Source: Nitrospirota bacterium
GTDB taxonomy: Bacteria > Nitrospirota > UBA9217
Length of the DNA stretch: 64,000 nucleotides
Reading direction: 5' to 3'
Assembly (NCBI GenBank): GCA_963845065.1
Contig: CAWJQQ010000009.1
Location: forward strand, 608,001-672,000
Shown here in pieces: positions 32,351-43,555 of the stretch; within the stretch, counting starts at the first letter, position 1, and each line of letters opens with the position of its first letter. Below the pieces are notes generated by a model. That model had not been told where the DNA came from. It saw only the letters and a list, made by a program, of their open reading frames with translations, and did not search any database. A program made the position numbers and the translations under genes.

Positions 32351-32686
32351 ATGAATATCTCGACAAAACGAATCGTGTCCGTGATCGTTTTAGTTGCAAT
32401 AGGTTTTGCAGTCGGGTTTCCTATCGGCCAGAGTAGGGGCTTTACGACGGGTAGCGAGTGGGCATTCGTCCAGGCATCTCTCATTGCACGAGAGCTGGGA
32501 TTGTTCATGCCTGTTAATTTTGTAGAAGGCCGTTTTCGAATCGTGCTGAAACAGCCTCGTGGTCTTTATCAACGGACCCGACAACTTGCAGAGAAATATG
32601 GCGTAGAGGTGGTGAGCGAAAGCAAGAACGAAAAAGAACTTGCCAAGAATATGGGCTGGATTCGAAGCACGCATCTGATGCGATAA
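32351..32686 (+). CDS. Hypothetical membrane-anchored protein
   Basis: RBS AAGGAGG, N-terminal hydrophobic helix. Confidence 0.65.
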   Translation: MNISTKRIVSVIVLVAIGFAVGFPIGQSRGFTTGSEWAFVQASLIARELGLFMPVNFVEGRFRIVLKQPRGLYQRTRQLAEKYGVEVVSESKNEKELAKNMGWIRSTHLMR

Positions 32687-33583
32687 GCGATCATCGCCTC
32701 CTTTGGAAAAGAGGCAAGTGAAAAGGCATTACGTATTTCCGAACTGTCCGAGGATACCTAAGGTCAAAATATTCAACGAGGTGCTTTACTTGAGTTATTA
32801 AAAGCCACGGACTTATCTTCTTTTCCCTTGAATACATCAAAAGAGACTGATATCGCTTGCAAGTGCAAGATTCAACCTGTACGTAACAACACCTGAGGTA
32901 TTAAATTTCATGAGCTCTTCCGCCACTGAACAGCAAGAGCGGTTGGCGTGGGGGTTTCACCGTTCACAGATGGATGCGAACTGAAAGCATAGTTCTTAGT
33001 TCGGCTTATTTCCATCTCCCCGCGAATTTCCCATCTATTGGACGCAATTACAAGCTTGTATTACTCGCAGAGATCATAATTTGATTGATGTAAAAAACAT
33101 TGGTTGGGACTTAGAGATCAATAACTTTACTGAATCACGCACATTTTTTGGGATCAATTGATGTGCAAAACACAGATTAAATTAATCATCGTATACTCCG
33201 AATTGAATACATGTTATTGTGCATTTTCGTTCTTACAGCTTAACCGCAAAGACAAAGGTCCAATACTGTTGCCCGTTTGATTCAAACTTATACCATCTGC
33301 AACCCGAGTTTATTTTTATGAGCATTGAACAAACGTGGATTTAGTCCTGAGACAAATGCGACACCTACATCATATCGCCCTTACAACGTCTGGAGCATTA
33401 CATCGAATAGTTCTACTAATACGCTTTGTCTCCGATGTTGTCTGCAAATACAGACTGGCCCATATACAAAAATTTTCAAATGAACTCTCCCGCCACTAAA
33501 CCGCAAGAGCGATTGTATTGGCAGGAGAGTTCATTAAAGGGTGAGGAGAAACGCGCAAAACTGAATAGTCAAAAAATAAAAAA

Positions 33584-33817
33584 TTATGGAGTCCTTGCGA
33601 GGCGGAAGCCCAGGTAGCTGAACCCGACGTCCGGGTCGTCACCGGCGCGAATAGATGTTCGAATATTACTCGGTACGCTAATCCAGCTGCCGCCGCGACG
33701 CACTCGGGAGGCGCGACTCTCTACGCCCCAATGTTTACTTATCGGGCTTTTCTTGTAGTATGCCTGACCATACCCGTCCTTTACCCACTCCCACACGTTA
33801 CCGCTCATGTCATAGAG
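33584..33817 (-). pseudogene. C-terminal fragment of an FGE-sulfatase (SUMF1) domain gene
   Basis: LYDMSGNVWEW...RVRRGGSW...LGFRLA; 5' part cut off at the MITE-like repeat. Confidence 0.8.
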
Positions 33818-34090
33818 TTGTCCAGAATAGGTTTTATCTTGAACATCATTTTTACGCTATGGGGAGCAGATCTCAAACCGCGAGCATTCTAAAATATGAT
33901 AAAAGCAGCTATTAGTGGCCCTGCAAACGACTTCTGTGGGGAAGACCGTAGACACCTACGATTCTCGCGTTTTGGATAGCATATAACGCTGCTTCGGAAC
34001 CTGTTTTCAATCAACATTTCGCTATCGTTACAAATTAACAACTTATCGTCCAAAATGAGTATTTAAAGCTTATTTTGAACAGCAATGATC
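33816..34090 (-). repeat. ~275-bp MITE-like dispersed repeat, copy A
   Basis: Reverse complement aligns end to end with 45225-45498; imperfect terminal IRs (CTGTTCAAAATAAG / CCTATTCTGGACA). Confidence 0.8.
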
Positions 34091-34244
34091 CTACATCTAG
34101 TTTTACCTCTTCCTGATAGCAAGACAGGAGGAAGAAAAGTGGTGAACGATTACAGTAAAGACCTGTCCCTATGAAACTGCCTCCACGATGCCCCTTAAAT
34201 GGATGAATCCGAGGAAGTTCAGCCGTATCGCCAAGGGATCAGGG

Positions 34245-35156
34245 CTATTCGGTAATATAGCGTGACAGCCCTGCGGTACCCGTAAGAGGCAGTTCCAGAA
34301 TAATTTCGAACCTGCCACCCTCGAGTTCTCGCTCGCTTACCACAGTGTATCCCTTGAGGAACCCCTGGATCCTTTCAGCGACATTCCTCTTATGCATGAT
34401 GGTGCTGACCTTGCGTTCACTGTCGATTTGGATCTGCTCGACGGTCCGGAGTAAGTTTCTCTGCGCATCGGCAAGTGCTGCGCGTTGCGCCATTGCCCGG
34501 GCTGCACTTGCGTTTGCGGCGTTCGGCGGCGTCAATCCGACACCGGTGGCGCGAATCTTCCCGGAGGCCCAGTCTATGCCGTCGATGGCAACGATAGGAA
34601 AAAGAACGGCGTTCTGCCGCACCGTTTCATTCTCAGGGATTACGACCGGAGAAATATCATCGGCATGGCCTGGTGCTGTTGCCCGCACTTCGTACGTACC
34701 GGCTGGCAGTTCCTTGAATTCGTAATTGCCCTCACGGTCGGTGTGCACCGATGCCCGTTCTTTACCCTCATAAATGAGTTTGATCTCGCTGCCTGTGTGT
34801 GGGGGCAAGATCCTGCCTACTAGGATGGCCTTGCCCGATATAGGCGAGAGTTGAAGAGGGGGAAGCGTGGTCGTCTCTCCGGGCTTCACGACGACGCCGT
34901 CCAGACGGATCGGAAAGGAAGATGCTGGTGCGGACACGCTGATCGTATAAGTCCCGGCCGCGAGCCCCAGTCTGAACTTCCCGTCTTGCCCTTCAGCGCG
35001 CACTGTCACGATAGTGTTACCTTCCCGAATCGCTGATACCTGCGCCGATGCGTCTGAGGGAACGATTGTCCCCTCAACGACCCCTTCTTGTTTTGCGTGA
35101 CAGGCAAATGACGAAAGAACGAGTAGGATGAGAATCAGATTGCTTAGTATTCGCAT
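34245..35156 (-). CDS. Lipoprotein with two carboxypeptidase-regulatory-like domains and LPP20-like C-terminus
   Basis: Lipobox SFAC, GNYEFKELPAGTYEVRATAPG, IRATGVG...AQRAALADAQRNL. Confidence 0.7.
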   Translation of the reverse strand: MRILSNLILILLVLSSFACHAKQEGVVEGTIVPSDASAQVSAIREGNTIVTVRAEGQDGKFRLGLAAGTYTISVSAPASSFPIRLDGVVVKPGETTTLPPLQLSPISGKAILVGRILPPHTGSEIKLIYEGKERASVHTDREGNYEFKELPAGTYEVRATAPGHADDISPVVIPENETVRQNAVLFPIVAIDGIDWASGKIRATGVGLTPPNAANASAARAMAQRAALADAQRNLLRTVEQIQIDSERKVSTIMHKRNVAERIQGFLKGYTVVSERELEGGRFEIILELPLTGTAGLSRYITE

Positions 35157-35667
35157 AGCTACCCCCCTTGTTCCGTTTAAAGTATAGCATATGCACATGA
35201 AGAAAAAAGGCAGTGTGTGAAAAGAGAAATGTGCAATTATTAAATCTATAATAACTAACTATTAACTCCATAAAGTCCACGACAGCTTTTCCCTTTTTTT
35301 AAATTGCCGCTTACGTACTATACTAGACGTAGTTTAAATTCCTTGCAAATGCTTATGGTGGTTGTATAATCATATAGATTCACTTTAAAGATCATGCGTG
35401 TAGCAGTACAAATGCGCAATCTTACCTTCTCGCTGGGGTTATTTTGTTTAAGTGCAATAATTATCGCTGGAGCTGATCGTTGTAAATAGTGCGCTCGTAG
35501 GCTGCATAGAGTTGCCGGTTGTGGGATGCAGGAAAGGTTTATGGGATACAAGACAGTAATGCGTATAGGAGGCAACAAAATGAAAAAGTTATTTTGGGGA
35601 ACATTGTTTTTAGCATTTGTAATTGAAGTTCCTGTTCCAACGATGGCAGGGGTAGATGTTAACGTTA

Positions 35668-37042
35668 GGCTCTTGGCACGATACTATGGGCTGAAATGCG
35701 TTGAAAAAACACCCGGAAAGCGTTAACTTCTTGCAAATGACTAGCCATCATTAAGCAAGGAGGGGCCTTCCGGATGCAGTTAGATTATCTCACACGGTTA
35801 TTAGGAATTCAAGGGCATCATGTGACGGAGTTCGATATAGGATACCGAAAGGAACATATATCGGTCATTGTTACGATAGCGCGGGATCATGAAACTCATA
35901 CGTGCGCAAAGTGCGGTGTGATAGACATCGGTGGATACGACAGCAAGGAATTTGAGGTCCGCCATTTATTGTTTTGGAGTGCCCCAACATTTATCCGATT
36001 CGAGCGCTACCGTGGCAGCTGTAAAGAGTGCGGGATTCTATCGGAACCCCTTAGTTTTGTGGATGTCCGAGGACCACGGGTCACCGCAGAATTGGCGCAT
36101 GTAACCAAGGAATTGTGCAAAGTGACAACGGTCAAGGCCGTGGGCGATATCCTGATGCTGCACCGACATACGGTCAAAGCGATCGATAAACAGGCGTTAC
36201 AGGAAGAGCAGGCAAACCGCCCTTTGGACGGCATAACCGTATTGGGCATGGATGAACTTTCCCATGGAAAGGGCAAGGGACATAAGTATAAGCACATGAT
36301 AAGCGCCCTAGATGGACCTCGTGGCCCAGAGATGCTGTTTGTGGGGAAAGGGCGAAAAGAACGCAACTTGAGCAAGTTCTGGAAGTGGTTTGGCAAAGAG
36401 CGTGCTCGTATAATCACCCATGCAGTAATGGACATGTGGAAGCCGTTCCGCAACAGCGTTCGCAAGCACTGTCCGAGTGCGCAGATTATTTACGATAAGT
36501 TTCACGTCATCCAACACTTACTAAAAGCTCTTAATGCTGTGCGCGTACAGGAGATCCGAAAGGCCGGGAAATGGATGAAAGGCCGACTGTCGGGGAAAAA
36601 GTTTATTCTGCTTTCCCGTCAAGCCCATGTACGAGGAAATGCGCGGGCAGAGCTTAATGACGCATTGCGAGCAAATAAGCGATTGTTTAAGTCGCATTTG
36701 ATGAAAGAAACGTTCGGACACTTGTGGAGCTATGAATCAAAAACATGGGCACGCAAGTTCTTTCGAGGTTGGGTAGACCAACTTAAATGGAGTCGTCTGA
36801 AGCCAATGCAAAAATTTGCACGTATGGTGGAAAAGCATCTGGATGGTATTTTAGCGTATTGCGATAATAAAGCGCCGCTTGGATTTATTGAGGCTGCAAA
36901 CGCTAAGGCGAGAAATGTAATTCGCCGCGCATACGGCTATCGAGACAATGCCTATCTGGATTTGAAGATCATTCAGACTTGCACTCCCTGGATGAACCGA
37001 TTTAAACCATGGTCTTTTACCCATAGTAGGGTGCCATGAGCC
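35668..37042 (+). mobile_element. ISL3-family insertion sequence
   Basis: IRs GGCTCTTGGCACGATACTATGGG / CCCATAGTAGGGTGCCATGAGCC; 8-bp target duplication TAACGTTA. Confidence 0.93.
35774..37039 (+). CDS. ISL3-family transposase
   Basis: CxxC Zn finger, LGMDE, VMDMWKPF, YDKFHV, EAANAK...RRAYGYR. Confidence 0.93.
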   Translation: MQLDYLTRLLGIQGHHVTEFDIGYRKEHISVIVTIARDHETHTCAKCGVIDIGGYDSKEFEVRHLLFWSAPTFIRFERYRGSCKECGILSEPLSFVDVRGPRVTAELAHVTKELCKVTTVKAVGDILMLHRHTVKAIDKQALQEEQANRPLDGITVLGMDELSHGKGKGHKYKHMISALDGPRGPEMLFVGKGRKERNLSKFWKWFGKERARIITHAVMDMWKPFRNSVRKHCPSAQIIYDKFHVIQHLLKALNAVRVQEIRKAGKWMKGRLSGKKFILLSRQAHVRGNARAELNDALRANKRLFKSHLMKETFGHLWSYESKTWARKFFRGWVDQLKWSRLKPMQKFARMVEKHLDGILAYCDNKAPLGFIEAANAKARNVIRRAYGYRDNAYLDLKIIQTCTPWMNRFKPWSFTHSRVP

Positions 37043-37255
37043 TAACGTTAATATTGGCCTGCCGCCACCCATCGTATTTTCCGCACCACCAGATTTGATA
37101 GTACTGCCTGAGACGAATGTCTACGTCGTCCCTGATGTAGCCGCAGACATCTTTTTCTACCATGGTTGGTGGTGGCGTCCGTGGGAGGGACGATGGTATC
37201 GCTCACGGTACTACGATTCAGGTTGGGCTTACTATCATAGAGTCCCTATTTTTTA

Positions 37256-38783
37256 GATCAGGTCAAGTTTTTAGTTGAAATTAGTTGAGTGGCCCGCGCT
37301 CCCTTCGGCTAAGGCTTTTTATCGATTCAACGGTGTAAAGCATCGTTGTGTATAAAATCGGATTCGTAGGATCGCCATATTTGAGTTTTCTGAGGCCGAG
37401 CCATACCTAACCATCCCTCCTTATGCAGCCTTTTTGACCGTTAGGTCATTTATTTCGTCCGCCTCGATCCGTTTCATCACGTCCGCGATGAAGGCATGAC
37501 CCTTGATCTTCCTGAATCCTTGTTCAGCATATAAAAGAACAGAAGCGAGCCAGCGCTGCATCATCTTGCTGTCGCGATAGCGCTTTATATTGCCCTCTGC
37601 TTTTCTCACCGTAGAAAACATGCTCTCAATAGGATTGGTAGAATGCAAGGTATTCCGCAAGAGAGCGGGAACCTTCAACCGGTGAAGGGTGAGAATGTCT
37701 TCTATCGCTTCCATGAGCGAATCAGCCGCCGACTCATTGATGCCCCGAAGCCATTTCTCCATGTCCAGAAGCATCTGACGAGCATCTGCGTAATTATTCT
37801 GCTCCAGGGCAGTTCGGAACCTCCTGTGTGCGTCTTTCCGGTATTTCTTCGGCAAATGATGCTGTATATTGCGGTCCTTGTGGATCGTGCACCGCTGATG
37901 GATCAATTTCTTGCCGAAGCGATCCCGGAGAGCTTTGATTACGCCTCTGCCACCATCGGTGACCCAGATGATTCGTCGTGATAGTGTCAGACCCCGCCGT
38001 TCCATATCGGAAAACAGTTCTTCGCACAATTCATGGTTCTCCGTCGCCCCCTGCCAGAATCCCAATGTCTGCTTCGTTCCAGCACTATCGAGCCCCAGCG
38101 CCACGATGAATGCCTCTCCGCCGCGGTGAACAGTGTCTAAAAAGACTGCAAAGGGGACGAATGACGTGAGTGACCGTTCCTTAAACTCCTGAAGCTGTTT
38201 TGCTGTTGCCGCGACGATATGGCTCGACACCGTGCTGGCAGATACGCCAAATGCTTGCGCCGTATCTACAACCGTCTCCGCATACTTCCGGCATGATATG
38301 CCACGGAGTACCTTTCCAAGCAATTCTTCTGAGAAACCTTCCGGTTTTTTCAACTTCTGATAACTCTGAAGCGCAATCTCACCAGCCGGACCTCGAAGCC
38401 GAGGGTGGGTCACTGGGATCTTCTGATCTCCGATATAGACGGAACCGCCCTGGCTTGCCCACTTCCACAGGTCAGGACTGGTGGGCTGGTAGTCTGGCCC
38501 GGCAATCTCCTCACGCTCGATGTACATGATCGTCTCCGCCATCAGTCGGCCCATTTCCTTCATGCATTCATCAAAACCCTGTTTACCTTTTGCGAAGACA
38601 TAATACATCTGTTCAATGATCTCCTGCCTTCCATATGCCTCTTCAATTCCTCGTATTGCCTTTTTCCTCTTCCTTGTGGTATCCTTCATCGAGTGGCTCC
38701 TTTCTTTGTTTCTCTCTCTCTACCGTGGATTATGCCACGGGGGAGCCACTCTTTTCAATTTCAACTAAAAACAGTATAACCTC
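37256..38783 (-). mobile_element. IS256-family insertion sequence
   Basis: Imperfect IRs sharing GTTTTTAGTTGAAATT; 8-bp target duplication ATTTTTTA. Confidence 0.88.
37421..38689 (-). CDS. IS256-family transposase
   Basis: VFLDT, VTDGGRG, QRCTIHKDRN, STNPIES. Confidence 0.9.
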   Translation of the reverse strand: MKDTTRKRKKAIRGIEEAYGRQEIIEQMYYVFAKGKQGFDECMKEMGRLMAETIMYIEREEIAGPDYQPTSPDLWKWASQGGSVYIGDQKIPVTHPRLRGPAGEIALQSYQKLKKPEGFSEELLGKVLRGISCRKYAETVVDTAQAFGVSASTVSSHIVAATAKQLQEFKERSLTSFVPFAVFLDTVHRGGEAFIVALGLDSAGTKQTLGFWQGATENHELCEELFSDMERRGLTLSRRIIWVTDGGRGVIKALRDRFGKKLIHQRCTIHKDRNIQHHLPKKYRKDAHRRFRTALEQNNYADARQMLLDMEKWLRGINESAADSLMEAIEDILTLHRLKVPALLRNTLHSTNPIESMFSTVRKAEGNIKRYRDSKMMQRWLASVLLYAEQGFRKIKGHAFIADVMKRIEADEINDLTVKKAA

Positions 38784-40101
38784 ATTTTTTATGCAAATAT
38801 ACCCTCAGGCTGGAGGAATGACTACAGGGATCATCGTTGGAAAGGGCATCAATGGAACTATCAACGAATGCCTCAGCAACAAGTTCAACGGAACTGGAGC
38901 GGCTGGGAAAAGAGTGGACATTGGGAAAAACAACAAACTTGGGGTGTGCAAGGTTTGCAACCCCGAACGCGATCGCAAAAACCGTCAGGCGAGATGCAAC
39001 GACGGCCCCGACCACAAGAAAGAGCGGTAAAACAAGAGCAGTCACAACAACACCGGGAGGTGCGACCACAATCCCGAGAAGTCCAACCACAGCACTCACA
39101 GCAACAACGCGGAAACTCTGAAAAAGGAAAAGAAGAAAGACAGGAGACAAGGTAGGAGGACGGAAGGCTCGCCCGACACGTCAACTTTTTGTGCATGGGC
39201 GTGGAACAAGACTATATCGACTTCAGTAAGGTCGGAGAAAAACCGTCGTAAAGGCTGGGAAGGTAGCTGCGCACGATGATTTGCTGGGAGCATTTTCACC
39301 CGAAGCAAGAGTGCAGTTTCTCAGAAACGATATAACCAAAGAACCTCCGGAATCACTCGAAACGGATAATGAGTACGTTGATAACAAACAGGTCGTTTCT
39401 ATTATCAATTTCAAGAAACGGAAATCAAATGAGGGGGCCTTAGATAAATGGAAAAAAAGGGGACCTTCTTACTTATAACTTTTAAAAATTAGAGTTTTTC
39501 ACGTCCTATAGTACATGCCGCGAGACGCCTCGATTGGATCGTCGGGTAGCGGATTCAACAGGATCACTCGACCCTGACCTTCTTCGGGAAATTCGAAAAG
39601 TCTGTTGCGGTGGAATGAATTGTATGAATTGCAGTGAGGACCTTTCCGATTAGAGATGCTGAGGTTCTCCTTGAGCAAAGGATAATCGGCAATGGACGTT
39701 CATCAAAAAAAAGAGGTACAGACGTTACCTTGAGGCAAAACGGATAAGGAAATGGAACAGACTGGACCAGGTTAATCACTACAGGTCATGCTGATGATGC
39801 AAACCCCGAATTATAAGTTCCAAAACCATCAATCGTGTAGCTGTCCTGTTACTTTCCTAATAAATAAATGGTTGTTGAATTAGTTACGGGTACAGGGCTT
39901 ATAGTATCACTTTGGGGTAACGGACCCGTAGGTCATATAATGACATTATGCCCATTCTAGAACAACACACGTCTTTGCCGTTAATTTCGGATGTAATCTT
40001 GTATTTATATATCATATAAGAACGTACTTTCTGAATCTGCTGAAGCTACATTTATTGATATACGAGTTTTCTGTTGACAGTCTGGAAAAACGTTGATGAT
40101 A

Positions 40102-40740
40102 TTACGGAAAAACCGCACCCTGTGTTTGGCCATGGTTCGTAGCTGCATCGTATTCATCCTGCTCCTCGATCAGTTTTTTCATCCGTTCGTGCGATAGCGT
40201 CTGCACTTCCCTGTCGAGCTGTGCGCATGTGCGGGCAGGAGGAAGGTCCTTTACGGCACGCGTCATTTCGGTTGCTGCTTCCACTGCCCTGTCGCGATGA
40301 CCGTTTTCGTGTATGATGAGTTTTTCCATATAGGTGTTCCATTTTTTGACGAGCTGAAGGGGAGCACTACCTGTCCTCGCCCATTTTGGCAGGCGGAAAA
40401 CGATATCAACTGTCACTATATAGGAATCGGTCGTACAAGTTTGAGGAGAGTGGTTATAGCCATAATTCCAGTTTACTTTCCAGCTTGTCATGGAGTCGTA
40501 CTTTTTCCCATCGGCCCAACAGATGCATTTTTGATTTAAATCGCACTGCAGGTCTTTTTCGCAACATCCACACACCTTATAGTATTCGTATTTCTCCTTC
40601 ACGATGGGTGGAACAATGTTGTTTTCTGTTTGGCTGGCTAAAGCCTTGCCGACATTTGCTAGGTCTATATTTTTTTCTTGTGCTGTCGAAGTTACTGCCA
40701 TAGCCACAAGCACCAGAAAAACTTTAATACTCCTGATCAT
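40102..40740 (-). CDS. DUF922-family putative secreted Zn-dependent protease
   Basis: Signal peptide, HENGH motif, YDAATNHGQTQGA C-terminus. Confidence 0.78.
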   Translation of the reverse strand: MIRSIKVFLVLVAMAVTSTAQEKNIDLANVGKALASQTENNIVPPIVKEKYEYYKVCGCCEKDLQCDLNQKCICWADGKKYDSMTSWKVNWNYGYNHSPQTCTTDSYIVTVDIVFRLPKWARTGSAPLQLVKKWNTYMEKLIIHENGHRDRAVEAATEMTRAVKDLPPARTCAQLDREVQTLSHERMKKLIEEQDEYDAATNHGQTQGAVFP

Positions 40741-40857
40741 GACTTTACTCCCTCAAAAAACTTCGAACGGCACGAGAACACAGCTCATAATTCTCTTTCA
40801 AGTACCAGACGTTTTTCCCTCAAGTAACTTCATACTTGACTGATCACGCGGTTCACA

Positions 40858-41262
40858 ATCAAGTTTAAGCTCTTTCACGGCCTCGACCAATCCGACAGAC
40901 TCCACCGGTTTTTGAATGAAAATGTTCGAGCCAAGTTGGTAACTCTCCACCCGGTTTATACCCTCTTTTCACGAGGCAAGAAGTGCGGCGGGAAGATGCA
41001 TCGTTCTGGGGTCTACGCGAATGCTATGCCAAACTTCTATCCCACCCAATTTAGGCATCCAAAATCGTGTACAATGAGCTCCGGTTACTGATCGAGATCC
41101 CGCCCCACATATTTCCCTTTGCCTAAAAAGATAATTGAGCGCCTCTACTCCATCCTACACCACTGTTACATTAGTCAAGATATAATTCATCTTGATGGCG
41201 AGCAGCGTCAGGATAAAATTTTCATCAATGTCTTTCATAAAAAGAATGATATTATATTCCAT
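40858..41262 (-). pseudogene. Degraded single-domain response regulator (Rcp1-like)
   Basis: Broken frames VTVV*DGVEALNYLF...MPKLGGIEV...SYQLGSNIFIQKPV. Confidence 0.65.
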
Positions 41263-41543
41263 AGCTATCATCCAACAAGTTCATTTTCTAAATATGAGAA
41301 TTAGGTGTCTTAAAGTTCAGGATCACACAATCTTAAATCAGGAGAAATATAATAATTGCTGCAAACCGTAATAAGAATGAATCAATACAGTTTAACTCCT
41401 GTATAAAGTATAGCATATTATTATCTACACTTTATAAGTAGGATTTCTTTTGGCTGCCAAATAAAAAAAATTATTGAACTGTTAAATAAGCAAGTAATTG
41501 CGGTGGCAGGTTTGTCATTTTATATTATTATTTGCGTACTCAC

Positions 41544-41577
41544 AAACCCCCTAATTTTAACTATGGGGAGTGGTCAG
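41544..41577 (+). mobile_element. Solo right end of the tnpB element family
   Basis: AAACCCCCTAATTTTAACTATGGGGAGTGGTCAG, near-identical to 19671-19704. Confidence 0.8.
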
Positions 41578-42035
41578 CTTCGAGCCCGTCTCTTCGCAGA
41601 GTATCTAAAACGGTGCAACTGAGTCCGGCTGGAGACGTTCTCTAATATGGAGCGTCACTACGCGATGGGTGCAACAACGTATCACTATGGTTTATCCTCA
41701 TCCGAGCGCCCTTCACATTGTTCCTTAGATGCAGCGCTATAGTTAAAATGAATGGTAATGGTCGGAAGGAGAAAGGAGTGCGGACATGAAATATTATTTC
41801 ACAAAAATACTGCAAACTACCTTAGATGACGCTGTAAACCGCGTTACTGAGGGACTGAAGAAGGAAGGTTTTGACGTGCTGACGGAAATCGACATGAAAG
41901 AGACTCTTAAAAAGAAACTTAACGTTGATTTCAGGAAATACCGCATCCTAGGCGCCTGCAACCCGCAGTACGCGCTAAAGGCACTGGAAGCAGAACGGAA
42001 TTTGTCAATGACTTTGAGACACCCCGCGACCGAAT

Positions 42036-43055
42036 TTAGTGTACTTTCTCCTCGCTCACAGCGACCGGTTTAGGCTTGTTAATCCAAACGGCGTCTGGTA
42101 ATGAGGGAGGAACAGGAACTTTTTTCACGAACCGCTCAGGATGTGCCTCATAGGCGGTACGAAGCACCTCGCCCCTGGCTTTCAGCACGTCCAGCGCGAG
42201 TCCGTAGTGGACAGACTCCGGCGTGAGCAGCCCAATGCCGGAGTGATGATGCTCGGTATTGTACCAGGGGAAAAAGACCTGGCAGAATCCCCGGCCGTCC
42301 TCAATGCAGCCGAACCGATCGGGGAAGTCCGGCCGGTACTTGAGCGTTTTGAACTGAGACTCTGAAAAAGGATTGTCATCGCTCGTATACGGTCTGCTGT
42401 GGGTCTTGGTGACGCCCAGATCGGCCATGAGCAAGGCGACCGGTTTCGACCTCATGGACGAGCCACGATCCGCATGTATTGTGAGCTGCCCTTTTTCTAT
42501 ATTCTGCTTGGCGCAGGTTTCCTTGATAAGCTTTTCCGCCAAGGCAGCCGATTCCCTGGGGGCGACCATCCAGCCGACGACGTAGCGGCTGAAGATATCC
42601 AGGATCACGTAGAGGTAAAAATAGGACCATTTTGCCGGGCCTAAAAGCTTGGTAATGTCCCAGGACCAGACTTGGTTCGGCGCAGTAGCCAGAAGCTCCG
42701 GCTTCTGATACACGGGGTGGCTGAGCTGGTTCCTGCGCTCCTTGACCTCCTGGTTCGCGTCGAGGATGCGGTACATGGTGCTTATAGAGCATTGATATGC
42801 GCCTTCATCCAATAGGGTTGCATAGACCTCCTGGGGCGCCTTGTCCACGAACCGCTCAGAATGAAGGACGTCAAGTACGTCTTGCCGTTCGTCTGAAGAC
42901 AGAGCACGCGGCGGGCTCGGACGTTTCGTCGGCTCCATGGGAGGCGCATTTTTCCGCGCCTGTGTCCGGTAGAACCCGGAACGAGGGATGTCGAGCGATG
43001 CACATGCTGATTTGATCCCGATATCAGAGGAAAGAGTATGGGCGGCTTCCATCAT
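42036..43055 (-). CDS. IS3-family transposase OrfB (integrase core)
   Basis: PNQVWSWDIT, ILDIFSRYVVGW, HADRGS, DNPFSESQFKTLK. Confidence 0.92.
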   Translation of the reverse strand: MMEAAHTLSSDIGIKSACASLDIPRSGFYRTQARKNAPPMEPTKRPSPPRALSSDERQDVLDVLHSERFVDKAPQEVYATLLDEGAYQCSISTMYRILDANQEVKERRNQLSHPVYQKPELLATAPNQVWSWDITKLLGPAKWSYFYLYVILDIFSRYVVGWMVAPRESAALAEKLIKETCAKQNIEKGQLTIHADRGSSMRSKPVALLMADLGVTKTHSRPYTSDDNPFSESQFKTLKYRPDFPDRFGCIEDGRGFCQVFFPWYNTEHHHSGIGLLTPESVHYGLALDVLKARGEVLRTAYEAHPERFVKKVPVPPSLPDAVWINKPKPVAVSEEKVH

Positions 43056-43555
43056 TCGTTCTTTCCACTCTCGTCGGTCGCAATCGGGATCCCCAGAATC
43101 GCCGATATTTTTTTTTGAACATCGATGATGATTTCGGCCTGCCTGAGGCGATTGGTAAGCCGGTCATTCTCCTTGCGGAGTTTCTCGTTCTCTACCCGCA
43201 AAGGATTCCGGACGGTTTCCTTTCGTCCCCGTTTTTTGGGCGCGAGGCCGGATAGTACGCCGCGATCGCGCTGACCTCGCCAAGTGTTGAGATTTGATGC
43301 ATAGAGTCCTTCACGGCGCAGGAGCTCACCAAGGCACCCAGGCTCATTGCAGGCATCGGCCAGTGTCAGAACGCGCAGCTTATATTCAGCCGTAAAACGT
43401 CGCCGGGCGGCTTTAACCGGAACTTCTGGATCAGGTGGGGCCGCAGCAGCACCATGAAGCAAACTGACTTCTTTAGGTGCTCCTCCCCAGGGAACCTCAG
43501 TCGCCCTACGGGCTCCTTCGTTTCCCTGGGATGCTTTGATCTTTGATGCTACCAT
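43052..43555 (-). CDS. IS3-family transposase OrfA
   Basis: RRRFTAEYKLRVL, LLRREGLY; A9 run at 43108-43116 whose -1 frame is open into OrfB. Confidence 0.88.
   Translation of the reverse strand: MVASKIKASQGNEGARRATEVPWGGAPKEVSLLHGAAAAPPDPEVPVKAARRRFTAEYKLRVLTLADACNEPGCLGELLRREGLYASNLNTWRGQRDRGVLSGLAPKKRGRKETVRNPLRVENEKLRKENDRLTNRLRQAEIIIDVQKKISAILGIPIATDESGKNE

Larger units (their letters stand above)
35580..39155 (+). pseudogene. Secreted Trp/Pro-rich protein gene interrupted by ISL3 and IS256
   Basis: Removing both IS and one copy of each target duplication gives one frame MKKLFWG...VDVNVNIGLPPP...YHRVPIFYANIPSGWR...QETR*. Confidence 0.85.

Noticed and set aside
39167..39178. GGCTCGCCCGAC resembling the tRNA-Pro 3' end (att site)
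   Set aside because: Short, gapped match with no integrase or clear boundary; compatible with chance
41575..41586. Flank of the solo right end matches 12 bp inside tnpB (CAGCTTCGAGCC near 13347), suggesting self-targeting
   Set aside because: Only 9 nt fall in the guide, no adjacent TTAC, and the RNA scaffold is missing
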